Under the pieces are notes generated by a model, which was given only the letters and a program-made list of their open reading frames with translations, was not told where the DNA came from and searched no databases. Both the position numbers and the translations under genes were made by a program. This document shows positions 1 to 10,800 of a DNA stretch of 60,537 bases, in pieces (the first letter of the stretch is position 1; every line of letters begins with the position of its first letter). This DNA is from a bacterium. Its GTDB lineage: Bacteria > Verrucomicrobiota > Verrucomicrobiia > Limisphaerales > JAJXZI01. The stretch is from contig JAJXZI010000022.1 in the NCBI GenBank assembly GCA_021780115.1, positions 1 through 60,537 of the forward strand, written 5' to 3'.

Positions 1-115
1 AAAAGCGCGCCCCATTTACTTGGGTGCCCAGGACGGCGCAAGAATTCTCTCGCCCATGACACAAGTATTAGTACTGAACAAGCTCCGATGCGCTTCCATG
101 CGGGATCGCCATTCG

Positions 116-144
116 TTGACGCCCCCCAGCCGGATCGCTAGCTT
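116..144 (+). promoter_or_regulatory. sigma70-like promoter of nadA (probably leaderless transcript)
   Basis: TTGACG (116-121), 17 nt, TAGCTT (139-144); ATG at 151 with no Shine-Dalgarno. Confidence 0.55.
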
Positions 145-150
145 TCTACG

Positions 151-1188
151 ATGTTTAGCCCCACAAAACCTGTCGCTGCGGGCATGGCGCCCGGATCACT
201 CCGCCGGCCGTTGCCACCAGCCCAGGCCGAAGCGCTGTCGCGCGAAATCCTCGCGCTCAAGCGCAAGCTCAACGCTGTCCTCCTGGCCCACAACTATCAG
301 GTGCCCGAGATCCAGGATGTGGCGGATTTTGTGGGCGACTCGCTCGGGTTATCCCAACAGGCGGCCAAGACCAGCGCCGACGTCATCGTCTTTTGCGGCG
401 TGCATTTCATGGCCGAGACGGCGAAGATCCTGAATCCGAACAAGCGGGTGCTGTTGCCGGACAAGGACGCGGGCTGCTCGCTTGAAGAAAGCTGCCCGGC
501 CGACCAACTCCGCGCCTTCCAGGCGACGAACCCGAATTTCCACACCATCGCCTACATCAATTGCAGCGCGGAGGTGAAGGCGCTCAGCGACGTGATCTGC
601 ACCAGCGGCAACGCGGAGAAGATCGTCCGCGCCGCGCCGGCCGACCGCGATCTGCTCTTCGTGCCGGACGAAAACCTCGGCGCCTGGGTCATGGAGCAAA
701 CCGGCCGGCCGATGACACTCTGGCGGGGCAACTGTTACGCGCACGTTGAATTCCGCCGCGACAGCCTCCTGCGGTTGCGCGAGCAGTTCCCCGACGCGAA
801 AGTGGTCGTCCACCCGGAGAGCCTGCGGGAAGTGCGCGAACTGGCCGACGCGATTTGCTCGACGGAGAAAATGATCGCCTACTGCAAAGCCAGCCCGGCC
901 CGCCGCTTTGTGGTCGTCACCGAATCGGGGATCATCCATCGGATGCAGAAGGAGTGCCCCGACAAGGAATTCATCTGCGCGCCGGTGTTCGACGCGCTGC
1001 GCGTGCCGACGGACGGCTGCCGCTGCAGCGAGTGCAAATTCATGAAGATGAACACGCTGGAGAAACTGCGCGCCTGCCTGGCGGACCTCCGGCCGCAGAT
1101 CATGTTGCGTCCGGAAATCCTGGCCCGCGCCCGGCAGCCCATCGAGCGGATGCTGGAGATTTCGGCCCGGCCGGAAGGTAACACCTGA
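151..1188 (+). CDS. nadA: quinolinate synthase A
   Basis: Motifs LAHNYQ, DFVGDSL, FCGVHFMAETAKILNP, AGCSL, YINCSA, VHPE and C-terminal C..MK. Confidence 0.97.
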   Translation: MFSPTKPVAAGMAPGSLRRPLPPAQAEALSREILALKRKLNAVLLAHNYQVPEIQDVADFVGDSLGLSQQAAKTSADVIVFCGVHFMAETAKILNPNKRVLLPDKDAGCSLEESCPADQLRAFQATNPNFHTIAYINCSAEVKALSDVICTSGNAEKIVRAAPADRDLLFVPDENLGAWVMEQTGRPMTLWRGNCYAHVEFRRDSLLRLREQFPDAKVVVHPESLREVRELADAICSTEKMIAYCKASPARRFVVVTESGIIHRMQKECPDKEFICAPVFDALRVPTDGCRCSECKFMKMNTLEKLRACLADLRPQIMLRPEILARARQPIERMLEISARPEGNT

Positions 1189-1310
1189 CCTGCATCCGCA
1201 GCGCTGGCGCTTGCATTCTCGATGCAGCCATGAACCTTCCGACCGGTTGACACGGCGCCGACCATCCTTGCGCCGGAGACTATCCGGGGCGATAATGCCG
1301 CGGATTAACC

Positions 1311-2051
1311 ATGTCGAGCACAGGAGCCAGCGAGTGCGCTTCTCCGGGCTTCACCACCACCCACTGGAGCGTGGTCTTGACGGCGGGACAGAGTGATCTC
1401 ACCGGGGCCGCCGCGGCCTTGGAGCAGCTTTGCCGCGTCTATTGGTATCCGATTTATGCGTTCGTCCGCCGGCGTGGCGCGGACTGGCCGGAGGCGCAGG
1501 ACTTGACCCAAGCGTTTTTCGCCCATCTGTTCGAACACGAGACGCTCCGGAAAGTGGACCGGCAGAAGGGCAAGTTCCGCACCTTTTTGCTGGCGGCCTT
1601 GACGAACTTCCTGGCCAACCAGTGGGACCGGCGGCGGACCCTGAAGCGCGGCGGCCGGTGCCAGATCATTTCCCTGGATGAAGCCGCGGCGGAGGCGCGC
1701 TATCGCCACGAACCCGTCGAGCCGCGCACGCCGGAGAAACTGTTCGAGCGGCGCTGGGCCATCGCGCTGGTGGAGCAGGTGCTCGCCCGGCTCAAACAAG
1801 AATACGCGGCGGCGGGCAAGGTGGACGTGTTTGCGGCACTCGAGCCGGGCCTCACGGAGGAGGCGGCCCCGGGCGGGTATGCCGCCGGAGCCGCCCGCCT
1901 GGGCCTGAGCGAAGGCGCCGCGCGCGTGGCGATGCACCGGCTGCGGCGCCGCTTCGGCGAACTACTGCGCGGCGAAATCGCCCACACCGTCGCCAGTCCG
2001 GCCGAGGTGGACGAGGAAATCCGGCAGCTTTTCGCGGCCATCGCCGCCTGA
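1311..2051 (+). CDS. ECF RNA polymerase sigma factor (PVC type, kinase-associated)
   Basis: N-terminal FTTTHWSVV, region 2 YWYPIYAFVRR..EAQDLTQAFF..GKFRTFL, region 4 LGLSEGAARVAMHRLRRRF; adjacent to a kinase. Confidence 0.92.
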   Translation: MSSTGASECASPGFTTTHWSVVLTAGQSDLTGAAAALEQLCRVYWYPIYAFVRRRGADWPEAQDLTQAFFAHLFEHETLRKVDRQKGKFRTFLLAALTNFLANQWDRRRTLKRGGRCQIISLDEAAAEARYRHEPVEPRTPEKLFERRWAIALVEQVLARLKQEYAAAGKVDVFAALEPGLTEEAAPGGYAAGAARLGLSEGAARVAMHRLRRRFGELLRGEIAHTVASPAEVDEEIRQLFAAIAA

Positions 2052-2084
2052 TCCGGCCGAGCGCGCGCCGCGCGCCCGGAGAAT

Positions 2085-2116
2085 TCCTGTAACATCCGCC
2101 CGGTTTTGCTTTAGCA
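2085..2116 (+). promoter_or_regulatory. candidate ECF sigma promoter, copy 1 (upstream of kinase)
   Basis: TCCTGTAAC-N16-TTTAG; the same motif recurs at 5237 and 5443. Confidence 0.6.
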
Positions 2117-2140
2117 CCAAAGCGAAGCCAAAAACAAAAC

Positions 2141-5029
2141 ATGCCTGAAGCGCGAAGCTGTTCCCGCTGTGGGGCCGTCTTGCCGCCCGACGCGCCCGGC
2201 GGCCACTGCCTGCCGTGCCTGCTGCAACTCGGTCTCAGGCCGGACCTGGCCGCGGTTCCCGCGGAGGCGGACGCTGCCCCGGCCGCCCCTCCGCTGAACG
2301 ACGCCTCGCCCAGCGTGCAAGCGGGCGAGCGCATCGGCCGTTACACGCTGCTCGAGAAGATCGGCGAGGGCGGCTGTGGTGTGGTCTATGTGGCGGAGCA
2401 AATCGAACCGGTGCGCCGCCGCGTCGCCGTCAAGCTCATCAAGCTGGGCATGGACACGCGGGCGGTCATCGCCCGGTTCGAGGCCGAGGGCCAGGCGCTG
2501 GCCTTGATGGACCATCCGAACATCGCGCGCGTGTTCGATGCCGGCGTCACCCCGCGCGGCCGCCCCTACTTCGTCATGGAGTTGGTTCACGGCCTCAAAA
2601 TCACCGACTACTGCGACCAGCACCACTTGCTCCTGCGCCCGCGCCTGGAACTGTTCATCCAGGTCTGCCAGGCCGTCCAGCACGCCCACCAGAAAGGCAT
2701 CATCCACCGCGACCTCAAGCCCTCCAACATCCTGGTCAGCGTCCACGATGGCCGGCCGGTGCCCAAGCTCATTGATTTCGGCATCGCCAAGGCCATGGGG
2801 CAAAAGCTCACCGACAAGACATTCTTCACGCAATTTCAGGCGCTGGTCGGCACCCTGGCCTACATGAGTCCGGAGCAGGCCACGCTGACCAGCCGGGACA
2901 TTGACACCCGCAGCGACATCTACAGCCTGGGCGTGCTGCTCTACGAGTTGCTCACCGGCCGCACGCCGTTCGATCCCAAGGCACTGATGGAGTCGGGCCT
3001 GGATGACTGCCGCAAGACCATCCGGGAGAAAGAGCCGTTGCGGCCCTCGAAGTTGGTCCAGACCCTCAGTGAGAGGAAAGTCGAACGGCCCGGCGGCACG
3101 ACGCTGCACCCCCACCTCAAACCTCTCGCCAGTGACTTGGACTGGATCGTGATGAAGGCGTTGGAGAAAGACCGGACGCGCCGTTACGAAACCGCCAACG
3201 GCCTGGCACGGGACATCCAGCGTCACCTGAACAACGAGCCGGTCGCCGCCCGTCCGCCCAGCCAACGCTACCGCCTCCAGAAACTGGTCCGTCGAAACAA
3301 ACTGGTCTTCGCCGCCGCGGGCGCCGTGAGCGCCTCGCTGATCATCGGTTTAGGCGTTTCCACCTGGCTGTTTCTTCAGGAGCAGGCCGCTCACCGCCAG
3401 GCGAAAGCCGCCGCGCAGGCGCAGGCCTGGGCACGCCGCGAGGCGCAGGCCGAAGCCGCCAAAAGCCGGCAAGTGGCCCAGTTCCTCAAGAACCTGCTGA
3501 CCGGCGTCGGCTCCTCCGTGACCGCGGGCCGCGACGCGACCTGGCTGCGAGAGATCCTCGACCGGGCGGCCGAACGGGTGGGGCAGGATCTCACCAACCA
3601 GCCGGGCGTGGAAATCGAATTACGGCTGACGCTGGCCGATACCTATCAGGCCATGGGACTCTACCCCCAAATGGAGCAGATGGCTCGCCAGGCACTGGCG
3701 TTGAGCCGCGCGCCCTTGGGCTCCCAAAGCCCGTGGGTCGCCGATGCGCTGGAGCGGCTCAGCACCGCCCTGATGGACCAGGGCCAACTGGACCAAGCCG
3801 AGGCGCTCAGCCGCCAGGCGCTCGCCCTGCGAGAGAAGCTGTTTGGCAGCGAAAGTCCGAGTGTCGCCCGAAGTCTGGCCCACCTGGGCGTACTGCGGGC
3901 CGCGCAAGGCCGGCATGCGGAGTCCGAAAACCTCGAGCGCCAGGCCCTCGCCCTGCGGCGCCGGCTGCTGGGCGACGACGATCCCGAGGTCGTCGAGTCG
4001 CTCAACAGCCTGGCGTTGGCGCTCCTGCAACTCAGGAAGGTGACCGACGCCGAAGCGGCCGTGCGCGAGGCCCTGGCCATCACCCAACGGCTGCCGCGGC
4101 GGGAGAGTCCCGAACTGGCGGTCTTGTTGAACAATCTGGCCGCCACGCTGATCAGCCAAGGCCAACTGCCTCAAGCCGAAGCCCTCCTCCGCCAGGCGCT
4201 GAGCATGGACACCCGACTCCTGGGAAATACGCACCCCGCCGTGGCCGGTTGCCTGGACAGTCTGGCCAACGTGCTCCTGCTCGAGCACAAACCCGATGCC
4301 ATCCAACCCCTGTTTGACGAGCGGCTGACGCCGGCCGTGGCCCGCCAGCCGCAAAGCGCCCACCTCCTGGCTGCTCGCGCGAACGTCCGGGCCCGCCAGG
4401 GCCGCTGGCCGGAGGCGACCGCCGACGCCGCCCAGGCCATCGAATTCGCGCCGGCCGACCACACCCTCTACCATATCATCACGCCTTTGTTGGTGGCCGG
4501 CGGCGATCGGGAGAGCTACCGCGCTTATTGCCAACGCATCCTCGCGCGCTTCGGTGACACCCAGGATTCCGCCATCGCCGACCGCATGGCCAAAGACTGC
4601 CTGATCCTGCCATCGTCCGGCGTGGATTTGAACGTCGTCGCGCAATTGGCCGACACGGCCGTCACCCGGGGCGGCGCTGACGGCAACCCGTTTTTGCCAT
4701 TCTGCAAGAGTCTGGCCGAGTACCGGCAAGGACACTTCGCCGACGCCATTACCTGGGCGCGCAAGGCCCTGGCCCGCGAAGGAGCGAATCCCCGGCGGGA
4801 CGTCGGCGCTTACGCGGTGCTGGCCATGGCGCACCACCAACTGAACCAAAGGGACCCGGCGCGCGCGGCCCTGGCCCAAAGCGCCCACCTCGCCGCGACG
4901 AGGTTGGCGCCGCTGGCCAGCGGGGACATCGGCGACGGATGGATCGACTGGATCATCGCTCATGCGCTGCTGCGCGAAGCCACGGCCCTGGTTGACGGTG
5001 GCCCGACACGGAGCACTTCGCCCCAGTAA
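2141..5029 (+). CDS. membrane Ser/Thr protein kinase with N-terminal Zn ribbon and C-terminal TPR repeats
   Basis: CxxC..CxxC N-terminus; GEGGCG, VAVK, HRDLKPSN, DFG, YMSPEQ, DIYSLG; TM segment LVFAAAGAVSASLIIGLGVSTWLFL; TPR-like repeats. Confidence 0.95.
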   Translation: MPEARSCSRCGAVLPPDAPGGHCLPCLLQLGLRPDLAAVPAEADAAPAAPPLNDASPSVQAGERIGRYTLLEKIGEGGCGVVYVAEQIEPVRRRVAVKLIKLGMDTRAVIARFEAEGQALALMDHPNIARVFDAGVTPRGRPYFVMELVHGLKITDYCDQHHLLLRPRLELFIQVCQAVQHAHQKGIIHRDLKPSNILVSVHDGRPVPKLIDFGIAKAMGQKLTDKTFFTQFQALVGTLAYMSPEQATLTSRDIDTRSDIYSLGVLLYELLTGRTPFDPKALMESGLDDCRKTIREKEPLRPSKLVQTLSERKVERPGGTTLHPHLKPLASDLDWIVMKALEKDRTRRYETANGLARDIQRHLNNEPVAARPPSQRYRLQKLVRRNKLVFAAAGAVSASLIIGLGVSTWLFLQEQAAHRQAKAAAQAQAWARREAQAEAAKSRQVAQFLKNLLTGVGSSVTAGRDATWLREILDRAAERVGQDLTNQPGVEIELRLTLADTYQAMGLYPQMEQMARQALALSRAPLGSQSPWVADALERLSTALMDQGQLDQAEALSRQALALREKLFGSESPSVARSLAHLGVLRAAQGRHAESENLERQALALRRRLLGDDDPEVVESLNSLALALLQLRKVTDAEAAVREALAITQRLPRRESPELAVLLNNLAATLISQGQLPQAEALLRQALSMDTRLLGNTHPAVAGCLDSLANVLLLEHKPDAIQPLFDERLTPAVARQPQSAHLLAARANVRARQGRWPEATADAAQAIEFAPADHTLYHIITPLLVAGGDRESYRAYCQRILARFGDTQDSAIADRMAKDCLILPSSGVDLNVVAQLADTAVTRGGADGNPFLPFCKSLAEYRQGHFADAITWARKALAREGANPRRDVGAYAVLAMAHHQLNQRDPARAALAQSAHLAATRLAPLASGDIGDGWIDWIIAHALLREATALVDGGPTRSTSPQ

Positions 5030-5078
5030 ACGGCCACCGGGCCGGAGATTTCACACACCGCGCGAATGCCGTGCGGGG

Positions 5079-5382
5079 GGAGCGCCGGCTTGCAGCCGGC
5101 TTCGCCCGGGGTGGAGCGCCGGTGGGTCAAACGCCTTCGGGCGTGCCCAGACCGCAAAGCCGACCGCCCGTAGTTTGGGAAACCTCCGGTCCAAGCCGAG
5201 TGCCCGCCGCCGACCGATCGCACCTTCCCGCCGATTTCCTGTAACAACTCCCCGCCATTCCTTTTGAAAGGGGTGAATGAACCCGATTTGCCGCCCCTCG
5301 GAAAGCCGCCCTGCTGGAGCGCAGGTGTCCAACCTGCGTTTTCCGCGACGGAGCGCCCGCGCACGTTGGACACCTTTGCTTC
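5079..5382. repeat. GGAG-tagged REP-like palindromes
   Basis: GGAGC-GCCGGCT-TGC-AGCCGGC (5079-5100); GGAG-CGCAGGT-GTCCA-ACCTGCG (5316-5338) with an inverted degenerate copy at 5360-5382. Confidence 0.6.
5237..5268 (+). promoter_or_regulatory. candidate ECF sigma promoter, copy 2
   Basis: TCCTGTAAC-AACTCCCCGCCATTCC-TTTTGAA. Confidence 0.55.
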
Positions 5383-5442
5383 GCGGCGCATCGGACTGGA
5401 CGCGCCCTCACCCTCTGGGCGGTCCCAAGATCGCTGCCGATA

Positions 5443-5474
5443 TCCTGTAACAACTCGTCGCCAATTCTGTTGAA
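5443..5474 (+). promoter_or_regulatory. candidate ECF sigma promoter, copy 3 (upstream of the secreted-protein cluster)
   Basis: TCCTGTAAC-AACTCGTCGCCAATTC-TGTTGAA; about 50 nt before ATG 5526, which has an AGGA RBS. Confidence 0.62.
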
Positions 5475-5525
5475 CGAGTTGTATTGAGCAACATTAACAG
5501 CCCGGCTTGAAGGCAGGAAAAGTCT

Positions 5526-7682
5526 ATGAGAGGAACAATTGGTTTGGCGGTGTTCGCGGCGGTGTGTGGGGCGCGTGTCGGCATGGCTGGGCCGCTATGG
5601 AGCGTGGGCTCCGGTTTAACGAACTCCGCCCTTCGCGCCGTGGCTCACGGTACGGTCGGCGCCCAAGATCTGTATGTCATGGTCGGAGATTTTCAAACAA
5701 TCTTCACTTCGACGGATGGGAACGCTTGGTCTTCCGTAAAGGGTCAAGGTATGGGCGGTGCCCTTTACGGAGTGGCGTACGGCACCACCCCTCCCGGCCA
5801 GGGCCTCTTTGTGGCGGTCGGGGAGGACGAGACCGGTGCGGGGACCATCCTAGACTCCACTGACGGGAAGAACTGGACTGCGGCTACTTATACCGCCGCT
5901 CCCAACGGCCGCCTCAAGGCTGTGGCCTACGGCGTGGCAAACGGCCAGGCTCAGTTTGTCGCAGTCGGAGACAACGGGGTGATCATTACCTCGGTGGACG
6001 GGAGGAACTGGAGCAGCCCGGCCTCCTACGCGCCGGGCGCCGACACCCGAGATAGCCTGGCGGCCGTCGCCTCCGGCAACGGCCGCTTCGTCGCGGTCGG
6101 CTACACCAATGGTGAAAGCTTCTATTGGGACGGAACCGGGGCGTGGAGCCAGGGCGGGAGCGGACTGGGCGGTCTCAATACGGGAACGGGGTCTGATTTT
6201 ACCGGCGTGGCATTCGGGAACGGCCAGTTCGTGGCGGTGGATTACGGCGGCGGCATTGACACCTCGCCGGACGGAAACACCTGGCTCGAGACGGCGGCCG
6301 TGTACGGCAAAGGCAGCGCGGGTCTCAGTGCCATCGCCTACGGAAATGGCCTGTTCGTGGCGGTGGGCGAGAATGGCGGGATATTCGCTTCAAGGACCGG
6401 GAGCTGCAATTGGATTCAGATCGAGTCAGACACAACCGAGCCCCTTTATGGCATCGCCTATGGCAGCGGGGCGTTCGTCGCGGCGGGCGCCGCACCGGGA
6501 GGGGAAAATGGTTCTGGCACCGCCCTCAACTCGACACTGGCCGGGATTCAAGCGCAGCCGCCACAAATGAATTGGACCCTCGCCCAGTACGCGATGGGTG
6601 TGGCTGATACGAACGATACGCTCACAGGCATTGCCTGGGGCACTGACCGTTTCGTTGCCGTAGGGTCCGACCAAAGTGCGGCCGCAACAAACTTCCTTTC
6701 GCCGGACGGAATTCAGTGGGTTCAAGGGGGCAGCGGACTGAACGACTCTCCGACAGGCGTGGCGTATGGCAACGGACGATTCGTGGCCGTGGACGACAGC
6801 GGCGCAACTTACACCTCGTCGGACGGCAGCACTTGGACGGCACAGCCGGGGAACTCCACGGGCCTTTCTGGTGTCGCCTACGGCGGCGGCGCCTTTGTGG
6901 CGGTTGGAGCCGGCGGTCACGTGCTAACCGCGCCCTCCGTGCCCTCTGGAAATCTCTCCTGGACGCCGGTTGATTCCGGAGCCGGCGTTAATCTTAATGG
7001 CATCGCCTATGCCAGCGGGCAGTATCTGGGCTTCGCGGCGGTCGGCGATAACGGCACGATTATTACCTCATACGGGTTGGGCGCCGCCGGCACGTGGACC
7101 GTGCAAAACTCCAACCCCGGCTACAACCTCTACGGCGTCACTTACGGCAGCGGGAAGTACGCGGCCGTGGGAGACGCCGGAACAATTCTCTATTCGACGG
7201 ATGCCACCACTTGGACGATGGCTGATTACAACGTGACGATGGCGGATAGCAAAGCGTCCGGCAACGCGCTCCGATGCGTTGCCTACGGAAACGGACAATT
7301 TGTGGCGGTGGGAGACAACGGCTGGACAGTCATTTCGCCGGACGGAACCCATTGGATTGGCCAAAGCTCGGCGACCGTCAACGACCTTTCCAGCATTATC
7401 TACCGTCGGGGAGGTTTCATTGCAGTGGGTGCGAGCGGCACCATTTTGGAGAGCATCGCCCCGGGCTTGACCATCGCGCGGTTGCCGACGGGCTCAGTGC
7501 AGATAACGGTTGCCGGTGGAGCAGAGCAGGTCTGCCAGATCGAATCCTCGCCGGATTTAGTGACCTGGAACGTGCTGGAAACCGTTGCACTCAACAACTA
7601 TGGTGCGTGGCAATCGACCGCCTTCCCAGCCACCTCCGCCTCCCTTTTCTATCGCGCCATCGCGACACCCGCCTGCCCATGA
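5526..7682 (+). CDS. secreted BNR/WD40-like beta-propeller repeat protein with conserved C-terminal module
   Basis: Signal peptide; about 13 repeats of LxxVAYGNGxFVAVGxxGxIxTSxDGxxW; C-terminus IESSPDLVTW...FYRA. Confidence 0.85.
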   Translation: MRGTIGLAVFAAVCGARVGMAGPLWSVGSGLTNSALRAVAHGTVGAQDLYVMVGDFQTIFTSTDGNAWSSVKGQGMGGALYGVAYGTTPPGQGLFVAVGEDETGAGTILDSTDGKNWTAATYTAAPNGRLKAVAYGVANGQAQFVAVGDNGVIITSVDGRNWSSPASYAPGADTRDSLAAVASGNGRFVAVGYTNGESFYWDGTGAWSQGGSGLGGLNTGTGSDFTGVAFGNGQFVAVDYGGGIDTSPDGNTWLETAAVYGKGSAGLSAIAYGNGLFVAVGENGGIFASRTGSCNWIQIESDTTEPLYGIAYGSGAFVAAGAAPGGENGSGTALNSTLAGIQAQPPQMNWTLAQYAMGVADTNDTLTGIAWGTDRFVAVGSDQSAAATNFLSPDGIQWVQGGSGLNDSPTGVAYGNGRFVAVDDSGATYTSSDGSTWTAQPGNSTGLSGVAYGGGAFVAVGAGGHVLTAPSVPSGNLSWTPVDSGAGVNLNGIAYASGQYLGFAAVGDNGTIITSYGLGAAGTWTVQNSNPGYNLYGVTYGSGKYAAVGDAGTILYSTDATTWTMADYNVTMADSKASGNALRCVAYGNGQFVAVGDNGWTVISPDGTHWIGQSSATVNDLSSIIYRRGGFIAVGASGTILESIAPGLTIARLPTGSVQITVAGGAEQVCQIESSPDLVTWNVLETVALNNYGAWQSTAFPATSASLFYRAIATPACP

Positions 7683-7802
7683 GCTGCCCAACCCATTCCA
7701 GGGAACGACACGCAGACCACTCCGGGATCGGCGACGATTATGTTTCGCCATTGACGCGAGCTAAATCGAAGTAATGAACATCGACCAATAACCAAACAAA
7801 CC

Positions 7803-10800
7803 ATGAAAACACAACTCACTCGTTTGCTCGCAGCCACGCTGTTGTTTGCCGCGACCGGGGCGGTGCTCGCCCAAGGCACGGCGTTGACTTACCAGGGCCA
7901 GTTGAATTCCCAGGGCGCGCCCGCCAACGGCGCCTTCGACATGACGTTCACGCTGTGGAACGCCCCCAGCGGCGGCAGCCAGGTCGGCAACACCCTGACC
8001 AACGCCGGCGTGACCGCCAGCAACGGCCAATTCACCGCCACGCTGGATTTTGGGCCAAATGTCTTTATGGGCGCGGGTGCCTGGCTGGAAATCGGCGTGC
8101 GGGCCGGCGGAGCCTCCTCGTTTACCACCTTGAGTCCACGGCAGCAGATTACCCCCATGCCGTATGCGATTTTCGCGGAGAACGCCAACGCCGCCGGGCT
8201 GAGCGGCACCGTGTCCAACGGGCAACTGGCGAACAGTTCAATCACCGTCCACGCCGGCGCGGGCCTGAGCGGTGGCGGCACTGTCCCGCTGGGCGGTACG
8301 GTGACGCTGAAGACCACGGCGACAAGCGCCGACACCACTAACGCCATCGTCGTTCGCGACGCCAACGGCGATTTTTCCGCCGGCTCGGTCACACTGGACG
8401 GGAGCCTCAATTTGCCCTATACAGCCAGCCTGACGGTCGCCGGCGGCGGCTCGCTTCTCAGCGACGCCGGCAGCCTCTACGTGGGAAGGGCCGGCAGCAA
8501 TGCCGTCATCAACCAGTTCCCGCTCTTTAACGCCGGATTTGGGGATTACGCCTTGGCCAAGGAGGCCACTTCGACCAATGCCTCAGGCTCATACAACACG
8601 GCCGTTGGCGAGTACGGCCTGATGAACAACACGTCGGGTTCTGAGAATGTGGCGGTCGGCGCCGAGGCCCTCTATGGCAACGTGGTCGGCTCCTACAACA
8701 CCGCCAACGGTTTCCAGGCGCTCGCCAGCAACGTCAGCGGCTCGAATAACACTGCGGTGGGCTCCTACGCGCTCATTGGCAACACCAACGGCGGCTTCAA
8801 CACCGCCATCGGCACCCAGGCCCTCTACGAAAACACCGACGGCTCTTACAACACGGCCGCCGGCTTCCAGGCGCTGGCCGACAACATCAGCGGCTCGGAA
8901 AGCACGGCCGTCGGATTTCAGGCGCTTGCCGGCAACACCAACGGGGGGGATAACGTGGCGGTGGGCTTTGCAGCCGGCTGGAACCTCCTCAGCGGCTCCT
9001 ATAACACCCTCAGCGGCGTTGGCGCCCTGCTCGAAAGCCTCACCGGCTCGAACAATACTGCCATTGGCTTCCAGGCCCTTGGCAATGCCACCGACAATGA
9101 CAATATCGCGCTGGGTTATCTGTCCGGCTTCAACCTCACCAGCGGTGTCTTCAACATCTACATCGGCAACCCGGGCGCTCCCAACGAGAGCGGCGCCATC
9201 CGCCTCGGCACCCAAGGCGCCCATACAAACACCTACATCGCCGGGATTTATGGCACGACCCTCACCAACGCCATGCAGGTGTACGTTAATTCCGCCGGCC
9301 AACTCGGGGCGCTCCCCCCGGAACAAGGCCCGGCGGGTCCGCCGGGACCGCAAGGTTCCGCCGGACCGGTTGGTCTGCAAGGACCAGCGGGACCAGCCGG
9401 CCCGCTGGGTGCGACAGGTCCCACCGGCGCGCAAGGCGCGCAGGGACCAACCGGACCCGCTGGTCTCAATTGGGTCGCCGTCGGTTGGACCAACTTGGTC
9501 AGCTACGCCGTCAACGACGCGGTCTTTTACAACGGCTCCTCCTGGGTGGCGAGTCAGTCGAACAGTAGCCAGCCACCGGCAGTAGGCAGCGCCTATTGGT
9601 CGCTGCTGGCACAGCAAGGCGCCCAAGGTCCAGCAGGAGCTACCGGGGCGACCGGAGCGGCAGGTTCACAGGGTTCTCCCGGCACGCAAGGACCAATGGG
9701 GCCTGCCGGCCCGATTGGGCCAGCGGGCGCCACCGGCCCGCAAGGCCCGCCGGGACAGGCCGGTGCCGCGGGCGCGACAGGCGCCCAAGGTCCGCAGGGC
9801 CCCGCCGGCCCGGCTGGCTTGAACTGGCGCGACACCTGGAATGCCTCGGCCAGTTACGCACCGAACGACGCTGTTTCCTGGGGCAACTCCTCCTGGGTGG
9901 CCACTCAGGCAAACAGTGGCCAAGCTCCTGGACTGGGCAGTTCTTATTGGTCCCTACTGGCGGAGCAAGGTGCCCAAGGCCCAGCCGGAGCCACCGGGCC
10001 ACAGGGTCCCGCCGGTGCGCAAGGCCCGCAAGGTCCAGCCGGCCCCACCGGCCCGATTGGGCTAACGGGCGCGACAGGTCCGCAAGGGCCGCAGGGGCAA
10101 ACCGGGGCCACGGGTGCGCAAGGGCTGCAGGGCCCCGCCGGCCCGGCCGGCTTGAATTGGCGGAATGCCTGGGCGGACTCGGCCAGTTACGCACCGAACG
10201 ACGCCGTCTCCTGGAGCAACTCCTCCTGGGTGGCCACTCAGGTGAACAGCGGCCAGGCCCCTGGACTGGGTAGCTCCTATTGGTCGTTGCTGGCACAGCA
10301 AGGCGCCCAAGGTCCGGCAGGAGCCACCGGGGCGACGGGGCCAGCGGGACCCGCCGGCTCAACGGGGCCTCCAGGGCCACCCGGCACCATCGCCTCCAAC
10401 TCGGTCACCTCGGCGGATCTCGCGGCCGACACCGCGTCGCTGGGAAAAATCACCGGCTCGCTGACGGAGGACCCCACCTCACAGGACTTCTACCTCAATG
10501 ACCACACTCTTTTCCTTCATACGGATCAGTACCACGGCTTGGGCTACTTCGGCACGTTTGGCGGACAGACTGTCAACGGCCCCGTGTTATATGGATGGGT
10601 CTCCGGCGCTCTCGGCTATAATCACTTTGGCTCCCCGCAAGGGGTCGCCCTCTCGTGGTCGTATGGCAACGTCACCATCGGTGGCGGCTATCCGATGGCA
10701 GGCTACGCGCTAACTGTCAACGGCTCCGCTTACAGCACCGGCACCTGGTCCGGTTCCGACGCTCGCTGGAAGAAAGACGTGCAACCGCTGACCCACGCCC

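Noticed and set aside
1-150. NAD riboswitch upstream of nadA
   Set aside because: The promoter-like motif abuts the ATG, leaving no leader; no recognisable aptamer
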